Assembly: GCA_964017835.1 (NCBI GenBank)
Contig: CAXHMP010000001.1
Coordinates: 9,820 to 73,819, forward strand
Origin: an uncultured Alphaproteobacteria bacterium
Lineage (GTDB): Bacteria > Pseudomonadota > Alphaproteobacteria > Rs-D84
Direction: 5' to 3'
Length of the DNA: 64,000 bases
Shown here: one piece after another, positions 1 through 9,841 of the stretch
How the letters are laid out: each line of letters begins with the position of its first letter
Numbering within the stretch: position 1 is the first letter of the stretch
The notes under the pieces: generated by a model
The model's input: only the letters and a program-made list of their open reading frames with translations
Told to the model about the DNA's origin: nothing
The model's database searches: none
Translations under genes and position numbers: made by a program

Positions 1-283
1 TCTGTTGTTCATGGCATTGGTTACGGGCGCGGTCAAAGTGGCATGGGTGTCGGATGTGGCGGATTGGCTGCATTCCATTATGGGGTTGTTCTTTGTGGCG
101 CCGGCGGTTGCAATTATTGATATTTGGGCCGATATTGCCAATATCTGGGTATGGTTGGTTATTTTGCTGGTGGCGGCGTATCTGGTGACAATGGTAACAA
201 CGGGATTGACGGCGGATGCCTTGATACGGGACGATGCGCCGCGGGCGCGTCATCGCGGTCAAAAGTCAGGGGGTAAAAAATGA
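1..283 (+). CDS. LrgA/CidA-family holin-like membrane protein, probably 5'-truncated by the window edge
   Basis: Hydrophobic ORF with an LFFVAPAVAI motif that resembles the LrgA C-terminal half. The adjacent LrgB-like gene overlaps by 4 bp. Confidence 0.45.
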   Translation, partial: LLFMALVTGAVKVAWVSDVADWLHSIMGLFFVAPAVAIIDIWADIANIWVWLVILLVAAYLVTMVTTGLTADALIRDDAPRARHRGQKSGGKK

Positions 284-978
284 TGGAATTTTTGGGGATG
301 TCCCCGTATTTTGGTGTTGTGCTGACGATTTCAATGTTTTTATTGGCGGTGATGATTAACCGGCGTTGGCCGGGGGCATTGACGACGCCGCTGTTTCTGG
401 CGACGGTGTTGGTGGTGGTGACGCTGGTGGCCATGGATGTGCCGTATGCGGCATATAACCACAGCGCACAATATTTGACATATTTGCTGGTGCCGGTGAC
501 GGTATGCTTTGCCGTGCCGATGTATCGTCAATTGCCTTTGTTGCGGCGGCATGCAGGACCAATCGTCTTGTCAATTTTTATCGGGGTGTGCGCGTCTGTG
601 TTCACGGTTGGATTGTTGTGTATTTTGTTTGGGCTGGGGGATATTGTGGCAAAATCCTTGGTGTCGATATCGGTGACGACCGCGATTGCGATTGGTATTA
701 CTGAAAAACTGGGTGGTGTGGTGGCACTGACGGTGTCATCGGTTATTGTGACGGGTATCCTGGGGGCATCGGTCAGTGATGTTGTTTGTCGGCGCCTGGG
801 GATAAAAAGTCCCATTGCGCGCGGCATCGCCATTGGAAATGCCGCCCACGCGGCCGGCACCACCAAGGCCATGCAGATGGGGGCCGTCGAAGGCGCCATG
901 AGCAGCCTGGCCATCGTTGTGTCGGGATTATTGACCGCGGTAATGGCGCCACTGGCCATCTATGTTTTGTTTGGATAA
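280..978 (+). CDS. LrgB-family membrane protein
   Basis: 232-aa polytopic membrane protein with an LrgB-like conserved C-terminal GTTKAMQ region. It is translationally coupled to the upstream LrgA-like ORF. Confidence 0.65.
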   Translation: MMEFLGMSPYFGVVLTISMFLLAVMINRRWPGALTTPLFLATVLVVVTLVAMDVPYAAYNHSAQYLTYLLVPVTVCFAVPMYRQLPLLRRHAGPIVLSIFIGVCASVFTVGLLCILFGLGDIVAKSLVSISVTTAIAIGITEKLGGVVALTVSSVIVTGILGASVSDVVCRRLGIKSPIARGIAIGNAAHAAGTTKAMQMGAVEGAMSSLAIVVSGLLTAVMAPLAIYVLFG

Positions 979-1148
979 ATTCGATTAATTGTTGCGTCAA
1001 TTTGTTCCGGTAATATGAAAGAAATCCCAGGAAAACCGCGACCAAGAACGTATTCCTAAGTGCGGTATTCGGATTGAAAGTCATAAAAAAAACAGTTATA
1101 ATATATGCGTCTGAATGGACAAATTAAACTTACAACAGGAGATAAAAG

Positions 1149-1364
1149 ATGAGAGAATTGACTCGCTATATTTTGAAACCGTTGACCTTTATCGGTGCTT
1201 TGAACTGGGGGCTGATTGGCTTGTTCGGTTTTGACTTGGTTGCGTTCTTGTTTGGACCGGCAACCGTTGCCAGCCGTATTGTGTACTGCATCATCGGTAT
1301 TGCGGCGTTGATTTGGCTGATTTGGGCCTTTATTGACCGCCCGGTTGTTCGTACAACACGCTAA
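1149..1364 (+). CDS. DUF378-like small membrane protein
   Basis: 71-aa ORF with two TM segments and a GALNWGLIGLFGFDLV motif. An SD-like sequence sits upstream. Confidence 0.5.
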   Translation: MRELTRYILKPLTFIGALNWGLIGLFGFDLVAFLFGPATVASRIVYCIIGIAALIWLIWAFIDRPVVRTTR

Positions 1365-1392
1365 TACTGGCGTTCAGATTTGTATAAACTGC

Positions 1393-1420
1393 CGCGTCCC
1401 CGTTTGGGGACGCGTTTTTA
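1393..1420 (+). terminator. Rho-independent terminator
   Basis: The sequence gcgtccccgtttggggacgc forms a hairpin and is followed by a T-run. Confidence 0.6.
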
Positions 1421-1433
1421 CATTGATGAAATT

Positions 1434-2135
1434 TTACTGACCATAATGACAGTTGTCAGAATATCTGAACTTACCAATATCGTCAGTTAGAATTGCGGTC
1501 GTCGGAATATAACAATTTGTAATGCTGTCACCTGGATGCATTGTTTGAATATTTGCATTCGGATACGATGGACATTTTAAACAGTCTTCGGCGGTGATTA
1601 CCCATGATGTGGTGTTGGGGTCTTTGTAATAACCACCACCACAACTATTACAAGACATGTAATATGAATCTGGGGCAAATGGTGATGCGCAACTTGCCAC
1701 AATACAGCGTGTTGCGTTTTGGGCCTCTATGCCATATCCATTTTCACAACATTGCGATGCCATCACAGAACTGATGACGTTTGTATCGGTGTTGCATCCC
1801 CCTTGGGGCCTTTGATAAAGGCAGAAAATTTGACCGTCTATTACCCATTGTGCGGTATAGCATGGATTTGTGACTTTGTTACATTTTCTGCATGTGATGG
1901 TTGTATCACCACCGGATGCACATGAACCATTTAAGTATATGCCATCAGGTGCGGTCATAATATTATCTGATATGGGACCATTATTCGGACATCCGGTGCA
2001 TTTACACATGTTATTTGATACAGAAAAACCCGTGCAATTTGATGATGAAAACAGTCGCGCACAATCACTAACAGTCAATGCATGGCTTGATGTTGTAAAA
2101 CATGCCGCAGACAACCCGACGGTTGGATTAGGCAT
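1434..2135 (-). CDS. Cysteine-rich hypothetical protein (about 13% Cys)
   Basis: 233-aa ORF with a single clean ATG start and no in-frame upstream start. It has many CxxC and CxC pairs and no clear signal peptide. Confidence 0.4.
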   Translation of the reverse strand: MPNPTVGLSAACFTTSSHALTVSDCARLFSSSNCTGFSVSNNMCKCTGCPNNGPISDNIMTAPDGIYLNGSCASGGDTTITCRKCNKVTNPCYTAQWVIDGQIFCLYQRPQGGCNTDTNVISSVMASQCCENGYGIEAQNATRCIVASCASPFAPDSYYMSCNSCGGGYYKDPNTTSWVITAEDCLKCPSYPNANIQTMHPGDSITNCYIPTTAILTDDIGKFRYSDNCHYGQ

Positions 2136-2334
2136 AAAATCAGAGGGAAAAAGATGCGGAAATCTGGGATTTTTATTTTGGGATTATTGTCGTATGCAAC
2201 CGTCCCTTTGGATTAGGCATAGTTTTATGTCCCTTAACCCCAGGAATTATAACGCATTGCGCGTTTTTTTGCAAGGGGGATTTTGACCATTAATTGAGAA
2301 AATTTTTGTAATTTTTACACCGAATAACACCAAA

Positions 2335-2409
2335 GTCGAACTGGTCCAGTTCAAATCTGGGTGGCATACGCAAAAATAAAAACCACCATGCGGTGGTTTT
2401 AATTTTTGG
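2335..2409. repeat. 75-bp direct repeat, copy 1 of the tRNA-Glu trailer, containing a bidirectional terminator hairpin
   Basis: Near-identical to 3612..3686. It includes the hairpin aaaaccaccatgcggtggtttt. Confidence 0.7.
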
Positions 2410-2532
2410 TAGGGCCATCTATGCAATTCACGAGCTGATTTTATACATGACATGTTGTTGTTTGGAAAAGATATAAAAACATTTTTGCAGATTTTGTGAT
2501 ATAATTATTCTTGAACGATAAAATGGAAAACT

Positions 2533-3306
2533 ATGAAACTTAGAAAAATAAACGAAGTGTCTTTAACAGCAACAGATATCAATATTGGTGATACTATTAA
2601 AGTTGGTTCAACAGCCAATTTGACAATTGATAAAATTCCAGAAAAATTACAAAAGGCATTTGAAAATATGCGTGAAATTGTGAATCGGCAGGCTAATAAT
2701 CCGGATAATGCAAAGTTATTGAAACAACAAAATATCACAATGTCACAGCTTTTGTTTACACATTTGTTTGTGTTTGCTAAGGTTATTGCTGAAACTTTCC
2801 CTAATTTAGGTTGCAAGGATAATAAACGCCAATCTTTTTATGCTAAGAATCCAACTGCCAAACTGTCTGAATTGTTTGACAAGGATTTGTTCCAATGTGC
2901 AGAATATGCAACTGTTGCCCAGTTGTATTTACAAAGTGTCGGTGTTGATTCCGAATATGTTGGTGGTGAATACATCGGTAATAAAAATTGGGAATTTGGC
3001 GAACAACATTCGTTTGTTATTATTCACGAAAACGATATTGACTATGTTTTTGATCCAGCGAACAATAATGCCGGCGCAAAACCAAATATTTCTATTATAG
3101 AATTAAGTCCCGAACAAAAAGTGAAAATACAAGCGCGTCTTTTAACAAATAAGAGAAAGTGCGCATTCTTTGAGACACGTGACATCATGACAAACAGAAA
3201 AACATTTTATGGTTATGGTGATGGTGCTAATATTTTGGAAGATATGGTATTTGAGAAAGAACAGACCACGCCGAATATTTTTGTAAAAGATTTATCAAGA
3301 AATTAA
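2533..3306 (+). CDS. Transglutaminase-like cysteine protease superfamily protein
   Basis: Contains the Cys motif QCAEYA, a GVDSEYVGG segment, a His in HSFVIIHEND and an Asp in YVFDPAN. This matches the Transglut_core Cys-His-Asp architecture. The gene is AT-rich relative to its flanks. Confidence 0.55.
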   Translation: MKLRKINEVSLTATDINIGDTIKVGSTANLTIDKIPEKLQKAFENMREIVNRQANNPDNAKLLKQQNITMSQLLFTHLFVFAKVIAETFPNLGCKDNKRQSFYAKNPTAKLSELFDKDLFQCAEYATVAQLYLQSVGVDSEYVGGEYIGNKNWEFGEQHSFVIIHENDIDYVFDPANNNAGAKPNISIIELSPEQKVKIQARLLTNKRKCAFFETRDIMTNRKTFYGYGDGANILEDMVFEKEQTTPNIFVKDLSRN

Positions 3307-3496
3307 TTGATAACACAAATATGTTACAAACTACACAATAAATACGAACTAAGGGAAAAGGTTAGATTTCTAGCCTTTTCTTTTTAAAAGTTTGTAAATA
3401 TGTAAAACGTTGCCTATTTTCGACGTCCAACTTACGAACTCATGAAAGTATTGGAAAACCAATGAAAAACCGTGCCAAAGCACGGTTTTCTTTTTC

Positions 3497-3516
3497 CTGG
3501 CAGCCCCAACCAGATT
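3497..3516 (-). repeat. Duplicated 3'-terminal 20 nt of tRNA-Glu (att-like fragment)
   Basis: The sequence tggcagccccaaccagattc is identical to the 3' end of the tRNA-Glu at 3684..3703 and lies in the same orientation. Confidence 0.65.
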
Positions 3517-3611
3517 CCCTCGTTCGTCGCATCTTGTCGATGCGCCGCGGCTGCGGGGCAGTCGTGACGTTTCGGACATCGTGCATATGCACTCGTCCTT
3601 AACTACTCCTT

Positions 3612-3686
3612 GTCGAACTGGTTCAATTCAAATCTGGGTGGCATACACAAAAATAAAAACCACCATGCGGTGGTTTTAATTTTTGG
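3612..3686. repeat. 75-bp direct repeat, copy 2, abutting the 3' end of tRNA-Glu
   Basis: Direct repeat of 2335..2409. It overlaps the encoded CCA of the tRNA by 3 nt. Confidence 0.7.
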
Positions 3687-3759
3687 CAGCCCCAACCAGA
3701 TTCGAACTGGTGTTCTCGCCTTGAAAGGGCGGTGTCCTAGGCCTCTAGACGATGGGGCC
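3684..3759 (-). tRNA. tRNA-Glu(UUC)
   Basis: 76-nt cloverleaf whose reverse complement is GGCCCCATCGTCTAGAGGCC...CTTTCAAGG...GGTTCGAATC...GCCA. It closely resembles canonical tRNA-Glu and has an encoded CCA. Confidence 0.85.
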
Positions 3760-3845
3760 GAAACTGCCAACAAAATCAAATATTTTTTGAATTTGCTGGC
3801 TGATTATAATCTGTCCTGTGACAAATGTCAAGGCCAAATGTTTTT

Positions 3846-4262
3846 TTATTCGTTCACCGTTTCGGGAATCACGTCAATTTGTTCAAAGACGATTTCCTGG
3901 CCGTCGGCGTTTTGCAAAATCAATTTGTTGTCATCGATTTCGTATGTCTGGGCGCCTTGCATGAACTGGAAATATCCGCGTTCAACATCCATCGCCTTTT
4001 GCGGCCCCATCATCATGGTTGTGGCCATGTCGCCGAATTTGATTTTATTGCCATCGACAATATACGGCGCGTTGTACAGGTTCACAATCTGGCCGTGGAC
4101 GGTCATGTCCGTCGGGTCAAACGCCAACGCGATGTTCACCCCATCCTGGGTCGCCATGTAATTGTTCCCTTTTAACATTTCGGGATTCTGGGGCGTGTTC
4201 GCCCGGTCACAGGCCGTCAATGCCGCCACAGCGCCAATCATGGCAAAGTATTTCAAGTTCAT
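3846..4262 (-). CDS. META/HslJ-like domain lipoprotein
   Basis: Lipoprotein signal MNLKYFAMIGAVAALTAC. A strong SD (AGGGGG) lies 7 nt upstream of the ATG at 4262. The ORF-track start at 4442 is an N-terminal over-extension. Confidence 0.55.
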   Translation of the reverse strand: MNLKYFAMIGAVAALTACDRANTPQNPEMLKGNNYMATQDGVNIALAFDPTDMTVHGQIVNLYNAPYIVDGNKIKFGDMATTMMMGPQKAMDVERGYFQFMQGAQTYEIDDNKLILQNADGQEIVFEQIDVIPETVNE

Positions 4263-4343
4263 TATTTCCCCCTTTGGTTTAGACATCAGTATATCATGAT
4301 GTTTTAAAAATGAAATCTGTATTTTTGCCCATTTTGATTTTTT

Positions 4344-4372
4344 TGAAATAAAAAAACCGGGTTGCCCCGGTT
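4344..4372 (-). terminator. Rho-independent terminator of rnj
   Basis: A ccggggcaacccgg hairpin followed by T7 on the minus strand, 5 nt after the stop codon. Confidence 0.55.
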
Positions 4373-4374
4373 GT

Positions 4375-6201
4375 TTATTTCTGCACAAAATGCACACTGT
4401 ATTGCGGTTTTTTGTCCGCCCCCAGCGCCGCACGTACAACACGGTTCGACGCCACCTGGACCGCGCGAATCAGATTTTCGCGGTCTTTGCGTTCCGTCTT
4501 GGTCAGATTGTCAATCGCGCGTGTGATTTCAATTTGAATCTGGCGCTTCATAAATCCGGTGTCATCGGTTTCAAAGATACCGGCACTGGATACTTCGGGA
4601 ACGCCCTTGAGGAATCCGCGCTTGTCCACCGGCAGGGTGACAAACACCGCCCCGTTGGTCGCAATTTTCTTGCGGTTTTTATAAACCTGGTCGTTGGCGG
4701 ACCGTTCGGTTTCGCCCTCCATCACGATAAAGCCGGTCTGGACCGTTTCCGTGACGTACGGCTGCGCCCCATCGGCCAGCGCAATCATTTCACCGTTATG
4801 GACGACCATCATAAATTTCGCACCGCCGCGTTCCATCGCCATTTTGCCGTTCAGCATTTCGTTGATGTAATCGCCGTGCATGGGGACCGCCACCTGGGGG
4901 TGGACCATGTCGTAAAAGCGTTCAAATTCCGGCCGGCCGGCATGTCCGCTGGCGTGGACATTGTTGGTGTCAAAAATCGTGTGCGTACGGATACCCATGC
5001 GCGCCAATTTGTTATACAGATACGACACGTCTTGTTCGCGGCCCGGAATAATAATGGCGCTGAAAATCACTGTGTCGGTCGGTTGTAATTTCATTTCCTT
5101 GACATGTCCCCGGCACAAACGCGTCAGCATGGCAAACTGTTCCCCTTGGGACCCGGTCAAGAATATGGCCTGTTTTTCAGCCGGCAGGTCTTTGATTTCG
5201 CTGTGCAGATAGACCTCGTCTTTGTCCAGGTATCCAAAATCAATTCCCATTTCCCGGAATTCCGGCAGGCCAACATACGGCACCGGGTTGGGATTACTGC
5301 GTTCCTTGATTGCGGCAACGCGGCCCGATGCGCGCGCGGCGGCGGCAAACATTTTCAAACGGGCAATCGACCGGGAATATCCCGTGACAATCACGCGGCC
5401 CGGCGCGTTTTTCATAATTTCGGTCAGGGAATCGCGTACCTCGGTTTCAGTCGTTTGTTTGGTTTGACGCGATACAGACGTTGAATCCGACATCACCGCC
5501 AGCAATTTCGGGTCGGACCCAATTTCACCCAGACGGGCGAAATCTGTCGGCGCTTCGACCGGGTTGTCGTCGTTAAAGGTCCAGTCACCCGTATGCAGTA
5601 TTTTACCCGCCGGCGTTTTGATGATAATCATCTGGGCTTCGGGTACAGAATGGGTGACGTGGAACGTTTCGATTTCAAACGGGTCCAATTTAAAGGACGC
5701 GCCGTTGTGGTCAAAGATGACGATATCTTTGTTCGGATTGAAATCGATTTCGCAACCCGCAAACGTGCGGCGGATGATTTCACCCGGGAAACGCGTGCAG
5801 TAAATCGGTTTGCGGAATTTGGGCCAAATGTATTTCAAAGCACCAATATGGTCTTCGTGGCCATGGGTGATGACAAAGCCGACCACATCCTTTTTATGCT
5901 TTTCCAACCAGGTTGTGTCACAGTATTGAACATCGCCGGCACCGATTTCTTCTTCTAAAAATCCCATACCACAGTCCACGACCAGGTATTTTCCCTTGTA
6001 CTTGTACACGTACATGTTTTGGCCGACATGTTCCAGACCGCCCAGCGCGACGAAATAGATTTTATCATCGTTTTTGTCGTTTTCATGTTTGGGCATCGGC
6101 GCAATTTTGGCCGGTGTTTTGGACTTAGTCTTGTTTTTTTGTTGCGGTTGTGCCGGCGTCGCTTTGGGCGCCGGGGCTGATTTTTCACGTACTTTGACCA
6201 T
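4375..6201 (-). CDS. rnj: Ribonuclease J (metallo-beta-lactamase/beta-CASP family)
   Basis: Carries the HGHEDHIGAL motif and MBL, beta-CASP and C-terminal domains. A Lys/Pro-rich N-terminal extension is typical of alphaproteobacterial RNase J. Confidence 0.9.
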   Translation of the reverse strand: MVKVREKSAPAPKATPAQPQQKNKTKSKTPAKIAPMPKHENDKNDDKIYFVALGGLEHVGQNMYVYKYKGKYLVVDCGMGFLEEEIGAGDVQYCDTTWLEKHKKDVVGFVITHGHEDHIGALKYIWPKFRKPIYCTRFPGEIIRRTFAGCEIDFNPNKDIVIFDHNGASFKLDPFEIETFHVTHSVPEAQMIIIKTPAGKILHTGDWTFNDDNPVEAPTDFARLGEIGSDPKLLAVMSDSTSVSRQTKQTTETEVRDSLTEIMKNAPGRVIVTGYSRSIARLKMFAAAARASGRVAAIKERSNPNPVPYVGLPEFREMGIDFGYLDKDEVYLHSEIKDLPAEKQAIFLTGSQGEQFAMLTRLCRGHVKEMKLQPTDTVIFSAIIIPGREQDVSYLYNKLARMGIRTHTIFDTNNVHASGHAGRPEFERFYDMVHPQVAVPMHGDYINEMLNGKMAMERGGAKFMMVVHNGEMIALADGAQPYVTETVQTGFIVMEGETERSANDQVYKNRKKIATNGAVFVTLPVDKRGFLKGVPEVSSAGIFETDDTGFMKRQIQIEITRAIDNLTKTERKDRENLIRAVQVASNRVVRAALGADKKPQYSVHFVQK

Positions 6202-6464
6202 ATAAAATAATCCTTTGTTTATGGTTCATGTTTTCGCGCCACCGCACAATCCATTGCTAATAAAGTAATTGCTTTATCGGTAGTGAATCTGCGGTGTCGC
6301 GGGTTCGGTTTCTTTCCCCGGTGACGGTTAACGATGATAAGATATCAGATGCCGATGGGGAAAGTCATTCGCGTCGATTGTGACGCCAAAATATTCAAAT
6401 TCACCCACATGATACACAATTTTATACGCATGGCAAGCATTTTCGTATCCATGCCACAGTGGTA

Positions 6465-8225
6465 TCATTTCACAATTTCCCGGAATATTTGGGCCGGTAT
6501 TGTCCCACCGGTAATCTTGGACCCCATGGGTGTAAAGTCATCGTTGCCCATCCAAACGCCAATAATCATATTGCGTGTGGCCCCGATAAACCATGCGTCG
6601 CGGTTACCGTTGCTGGTGCCGGTCTTGCCGCCCAAGACGTTTGGTGTCGCTGCGCGGTGGCCGGTCCCGCCCGGTTTGACCACATCGCCCAACAGTTGGG
6701 TCATGTATTCCACGGTTGCCGGCCGCAGGACATGTATCGGGTCGGATGGGTTGCGTTCATACAGCACAGCGCCGGCCGGGGTGGTAATCTTGGTTATGGA
6801 ATAGGGGCGAACCGATTCCCCGTCGTTCCAAATCACGGCGTAAATCGTTGTCAAATCCAACAATGTCATTTCCGACGCCCCCAGCACGGTCGAATATTCC
6901 CGCCGCAGGCGCGTCCCCACCCCCAGCCGACCCGCCATATCCAGAACCGTGTCCAGACCATATTGCTGGGTCAGTTTCAAGGGGACCGAATTAACGCTTT
7001 TGGCGAATGCGGTCGCCAGGGTAATGTCGCCATAGTATTTTTCGTTATAGTTTTTCGGGTTATAATCCCCGATGGCAAAGGGTGAATCATTGACATATGA
7101 TTCCGGGGTTAAACCGTTTTCCAATGCCACCAGATAAACGACGGGTTTAAAACTGCTGCCGGGTTGACGGCGGGCCAGGGCGCGGTTATATTGGCTGGCC
7201 TGGTAATCGGCGCCGCCCGACATCGCGCGGATGGCCCCATCACGCGTCATGGCGACAACGGCACCCTGGTACTGGTCAACGTGGGCTGTAATTGTGTCGG
7301 CAATGCGTTCCTGTAAATCCCGGTCCATTGTGGTATAGACGAACAAATCGGATTCAAATCCGCCCACCCGCGACCGCACTTCGTCTAGGACAAAATCCGT
7401 CCAATACCGATACAAGTTTGTGTCCGGAATCGGTTTGGCCGGCCCCAGTTGCCGTGCCGCGGTGCGTGCCGCCGCCAAAGTAATGTATCCCTGGCGCACC
7501 ATTTCTTGTAAAATAACACGGGCGCGGGCGATGTTTTTTTCCGGGTTTTTCAGCGGACTGTATGTTGTCGGCGCCTTTAGCATGGCGGCAATCTGGGCGC
7601 TTTGCGCAATGGTCAGGTTTTGCGCCGGCGTTTGAAACAGCGCGCGCGCCGCCGCATCAATTCCCCGCATGCCCCCCACCAATGACACCCGGTTCATGTA
7701 CAAGTCCAGAATTTGATTCTTGGTAAACCGGTTTTCCAGCCAATAGGATAAAATCAGTTCCTGGATTTTTCGCGATAATGTTTTGTGCCGCGACAGAAAG
7801 ATGTTTTTGGCAGTTTGCTGGGTAATACTGGACCCGCCGGCGGAAATGCGCCCGCGCATCATGTTGGACACAACCGCGCGCATGATGCCGCGCATGTCAA
7901 TGGGGCCGTGCAGGAAAAAGCGTTTGTCTTCGATGGCGACAATGGATTGCCACACGTGCGGCGGCAACGTTTCCACCGACACAGGCGCGCCCATTATGCG
8001 GTTTGCACTGCGGATTTCATTTCCGTTTTTATCCAGGAATGTCACCGCCGCCGGCCGCGTTTCATGCAATATCGCGTCCAGTGACGGCATTTGTAAAAAC
8101 ACAATCAGGGTATAAATTGCCGCCGCTGCCAATGCTGCCATGCCCAGGTTAAATCCCCACAGCAACAATCGCCCCCGCATTGACGTTTTTTTGACTTGTT
8201 CCGGTTCTTTTGCACGTGCGAACAC
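6465..8225 (-). CDS. Class A penicillin-binding protein (transglycosylase/transpeptidase)
   Basis: GT51 motifs (EDKRFFLHGPID, GGSSITQQ) plus transpeptidase motifs SSFKP, SVNS and KTGT. It has an N-terminal TM anchor. Confidence 0.85.
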   Translation of the reverse strand: MFARAKEPEQVKKTSMRGRLLLWGFNLGMAALAAAAIYTLIVFLQMPSLDAILHETRPAAVTFLDKNGNEIRSANRIMGAPVSVETLPPHVWQSIVAIEDKRFFLHGPIDMRGIMRAVVSNMMRGRISAGGSSITQQTAKNIFLSRHKTLSRKIQELILSYWLENRFTKNQILDLYMNRVSLVGGMRGIDAAARALFQTPAQNLTIAQSAQIAAMLKAPTTYSPLKNPEKNIARARVILQEMVRQGYITLAAARTAARQLGPAKPIPDTNLYRYWTDFVLDEVRSRVGGFESDLFVYTTMDRDLQERIADTITAHVDQYQGAVVAMTRDGAIRAMSGGADYQASQYNRALARRQPGSSFKPVVYLVALENGLTPESYVNDSPFAIGDYNPKNYNEKYYGDITLATAFAKSVNSVPLKLTQQYGLDTVLDMAGRLGVGTRLRREYSTVLGASEMTLLDLTTIYAVIWNDGESVRPYSITKITTPAGAVLYERNPSDPIHVLRPATVEYMTQLLGDVVKPGGTGHRAATPNVLGGKTGTSNGNRDAWFIGATRNMIIGVWMGNDDFTPMGSKITGGTIPAQIFREIVK

Positions 8226-8246
8226 CTGATGACCCCCATGTATCCA

Positions 8247-9770
8247 TTAAATTTTAACGCCGTATTTTCCGCGATTGATGGGGCGATATGACAAAGCCTC
8301 GGCCAGGTCGCCCATTTCAATATTTTCGCCCCCGCGCAGGTCGGCAATCGTGCGTGCGATACGCTTAATCCGATTATATCCCCGGGCCGACATGCCCATC
8401 TTTTCCGCGGCGGTATTTAAAAACTGGGTCAATTCGGGTGTCAACGGTGCGGCCGCATCCAAGGCCGCCCCATCCAGGTGGGCGTTGACGCATCCCTGGC
8501 GCGATATCTGGCGTTCGCGTGCGGCGGTGACGCGTGCGCGGACGGTTGCACTGGATTCCGCCGGCGTGTCGTCTGCATTGTTCATTTCCCATGGATTGAC
8601 CGCGTCGACATCGACGTGCAGGTCAATGCGGTCCAACAAAGGACCCGAAATTTTATTCTGGTACGCCTCGGCACAGCGGGGGGCGCGTGAACACGACATG
8701 GCGGCGTTGCCCAAATGGCCGCAGGGACATGGATTCATGGCCGCGATTAATTGAAAGCGTGCGGGGTATGTCGCATTGCGCCGCGCGCGTGAAATCATGA
8801 TTTTACCCGATTCCATCGGCTGGCGCAGGATTTCCAGTGTCGACCGGTTGAATTCGGGCAATTCGTCCAAAAACAACACCCCATTATGCGCCAGGGATAT
8901 TTCCCCCGGCCGTGCGTTTGCCCCGCCGCCCGCCAGGGAGACTGCACTGGACGTGTGATGAACACTGCGGAACGGGCGGGTTGAAACCAGCGACCGGCCG
9001 TTTAATTGTCCCGCGATGGAATAAATAATTGACGATTCCAAAATTTCATCCGCCGTCATATCCGGCATAATGGTCGGTAAACGTGATGCCAACATGGTCT
9101 TGCCCGACCCCGGTGGCCCAATCATCAGCATTGCGTGTCCGCCCGCCGCCGCGATTTCCAGCGCCCGTTTGGCCGCAGATTGGCCCCGAACCTCGGCCAA
9201 GTCGCCGGGGGTGTCAATTGATTGGTTGGGAACCACAGCATCTGGGGTGGGTAAAATTTGCGTTCCCTTGAAATGGTTGATTAAATCCAATACGTGACCC
9301 GGCGCCAATATGTCAGTGTGGCCGGACATGCGTGCCTCGGCTCCTTGGGCGGCGGGACAGATAATCCCCAGATTATTTTGGTTGGCCCACACGGCCGCCG
9401 GTAAAACACCGCCCGTTGGCACGATGGCGCCGTTCAGGCCCACTTCGCCCATAATGACATATTTTGATATTTGGACTTCGTCCAGGGCGCCCATCGCGCA
9501 TAATATTCCGCATAAAATCGGCAGGTCAAAGTGCGACCCCGACTTTTCCACGTCCGCCGGTGACAAATTCACAGTCAAACGTTTTGGGGGCATCGACAGG
9601 TTTAACGCCGCCAACACATTACGGATGCGTTCGGCCGATTCCTTGACCGCGCGGTCCGCCAATCCGATGATATTAAATTCAGGCTTTGATAATCCCGCGG
9701 ATAATTGTACCTGGACATCAATACGGGTTGCGTCCATGCCGTTGAACATAATGGAATTTAATGAAATCAT
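8247..9770 (-). CDS. comM: YifB/ComM-family Mg-chelatase-like AAA+ ATPase
   Basis: Walker A motif GPPGSGKT. ComM-like N-terminal and C-terminal domains are present, including the CPCG zinc ribbon. Confidence 0.85.
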   Translation of the reverse strand: MISLNSIMFNGMDATRIDVQVQLSAGLSKPEFNIIGLADRAVKESAERIRNVLAALNLSMPPKRLTVNLSPADVEKSGSHFDLPILCGILCAMGALDEVQISKYVIMGEVGLNGAIVPTGGVLPAAVWANQNNLGIICPAAQGAEARMSGHTDILAPGHVLDLINHFKGTQILPTPDAVVPNQSIDTPGDLAEVRGQSAAKRALEIAAAGGHAMLMIGPPGSGKTMLASRLPTIMPDMTADEILESSIIYSIAGQLNGRSLVSTRPFRSVHHTSSAVSLAGGGANARPGEISLAHNGVLFLDELPEFNRSTLEILRQPMESGKIMISRARRNATYPARFQLIAAMNPCPCGHLGNAAMSCSRAPRCAEAYQNKISGPLLDRIDLHVDVDAVNPWEMNNADDTPAESSATVRARVTAARERQISRQGCVNAHLDGAALDAAAPLTPELTQFLNTAAEKMGMSARGYNRIKRIARTIADLRGGENIEMGDLAEALSYRPINRGKYGVKI

Positions 9771-9841
9771 GCCTGTATATTATAACTTGCGCAAAGTCAT
9801 TTCAAGTTATAATATGTCGGTCAAACAAAAGGATTTAAAAT

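Noticed and set aside
3370-3579. 69-aa minus-strand ORF across the tRNA-Glu att fragment region
   Set aside because: It spans terminator hairpins and the duplicated tRNA fragment and lacks an RBS. It is more likely non-coding.
4390-5484. Several plus-strand ORFs of 80-230 aa antisense to rnj
   Set aside because: They lie fully inside a strongly conserved RNase J coding sequence on the other strand. They have no RBS and are arginine-rich, as GC-rich antisense frames typically are.
6459-8115. Plus-strand ORFs of 208, 110 and 99 aa antisense to the PBP gene
   Set aside because: Same reasoning as for rnj. They are artefacts of a long GC-rich gene on the opposite strand.
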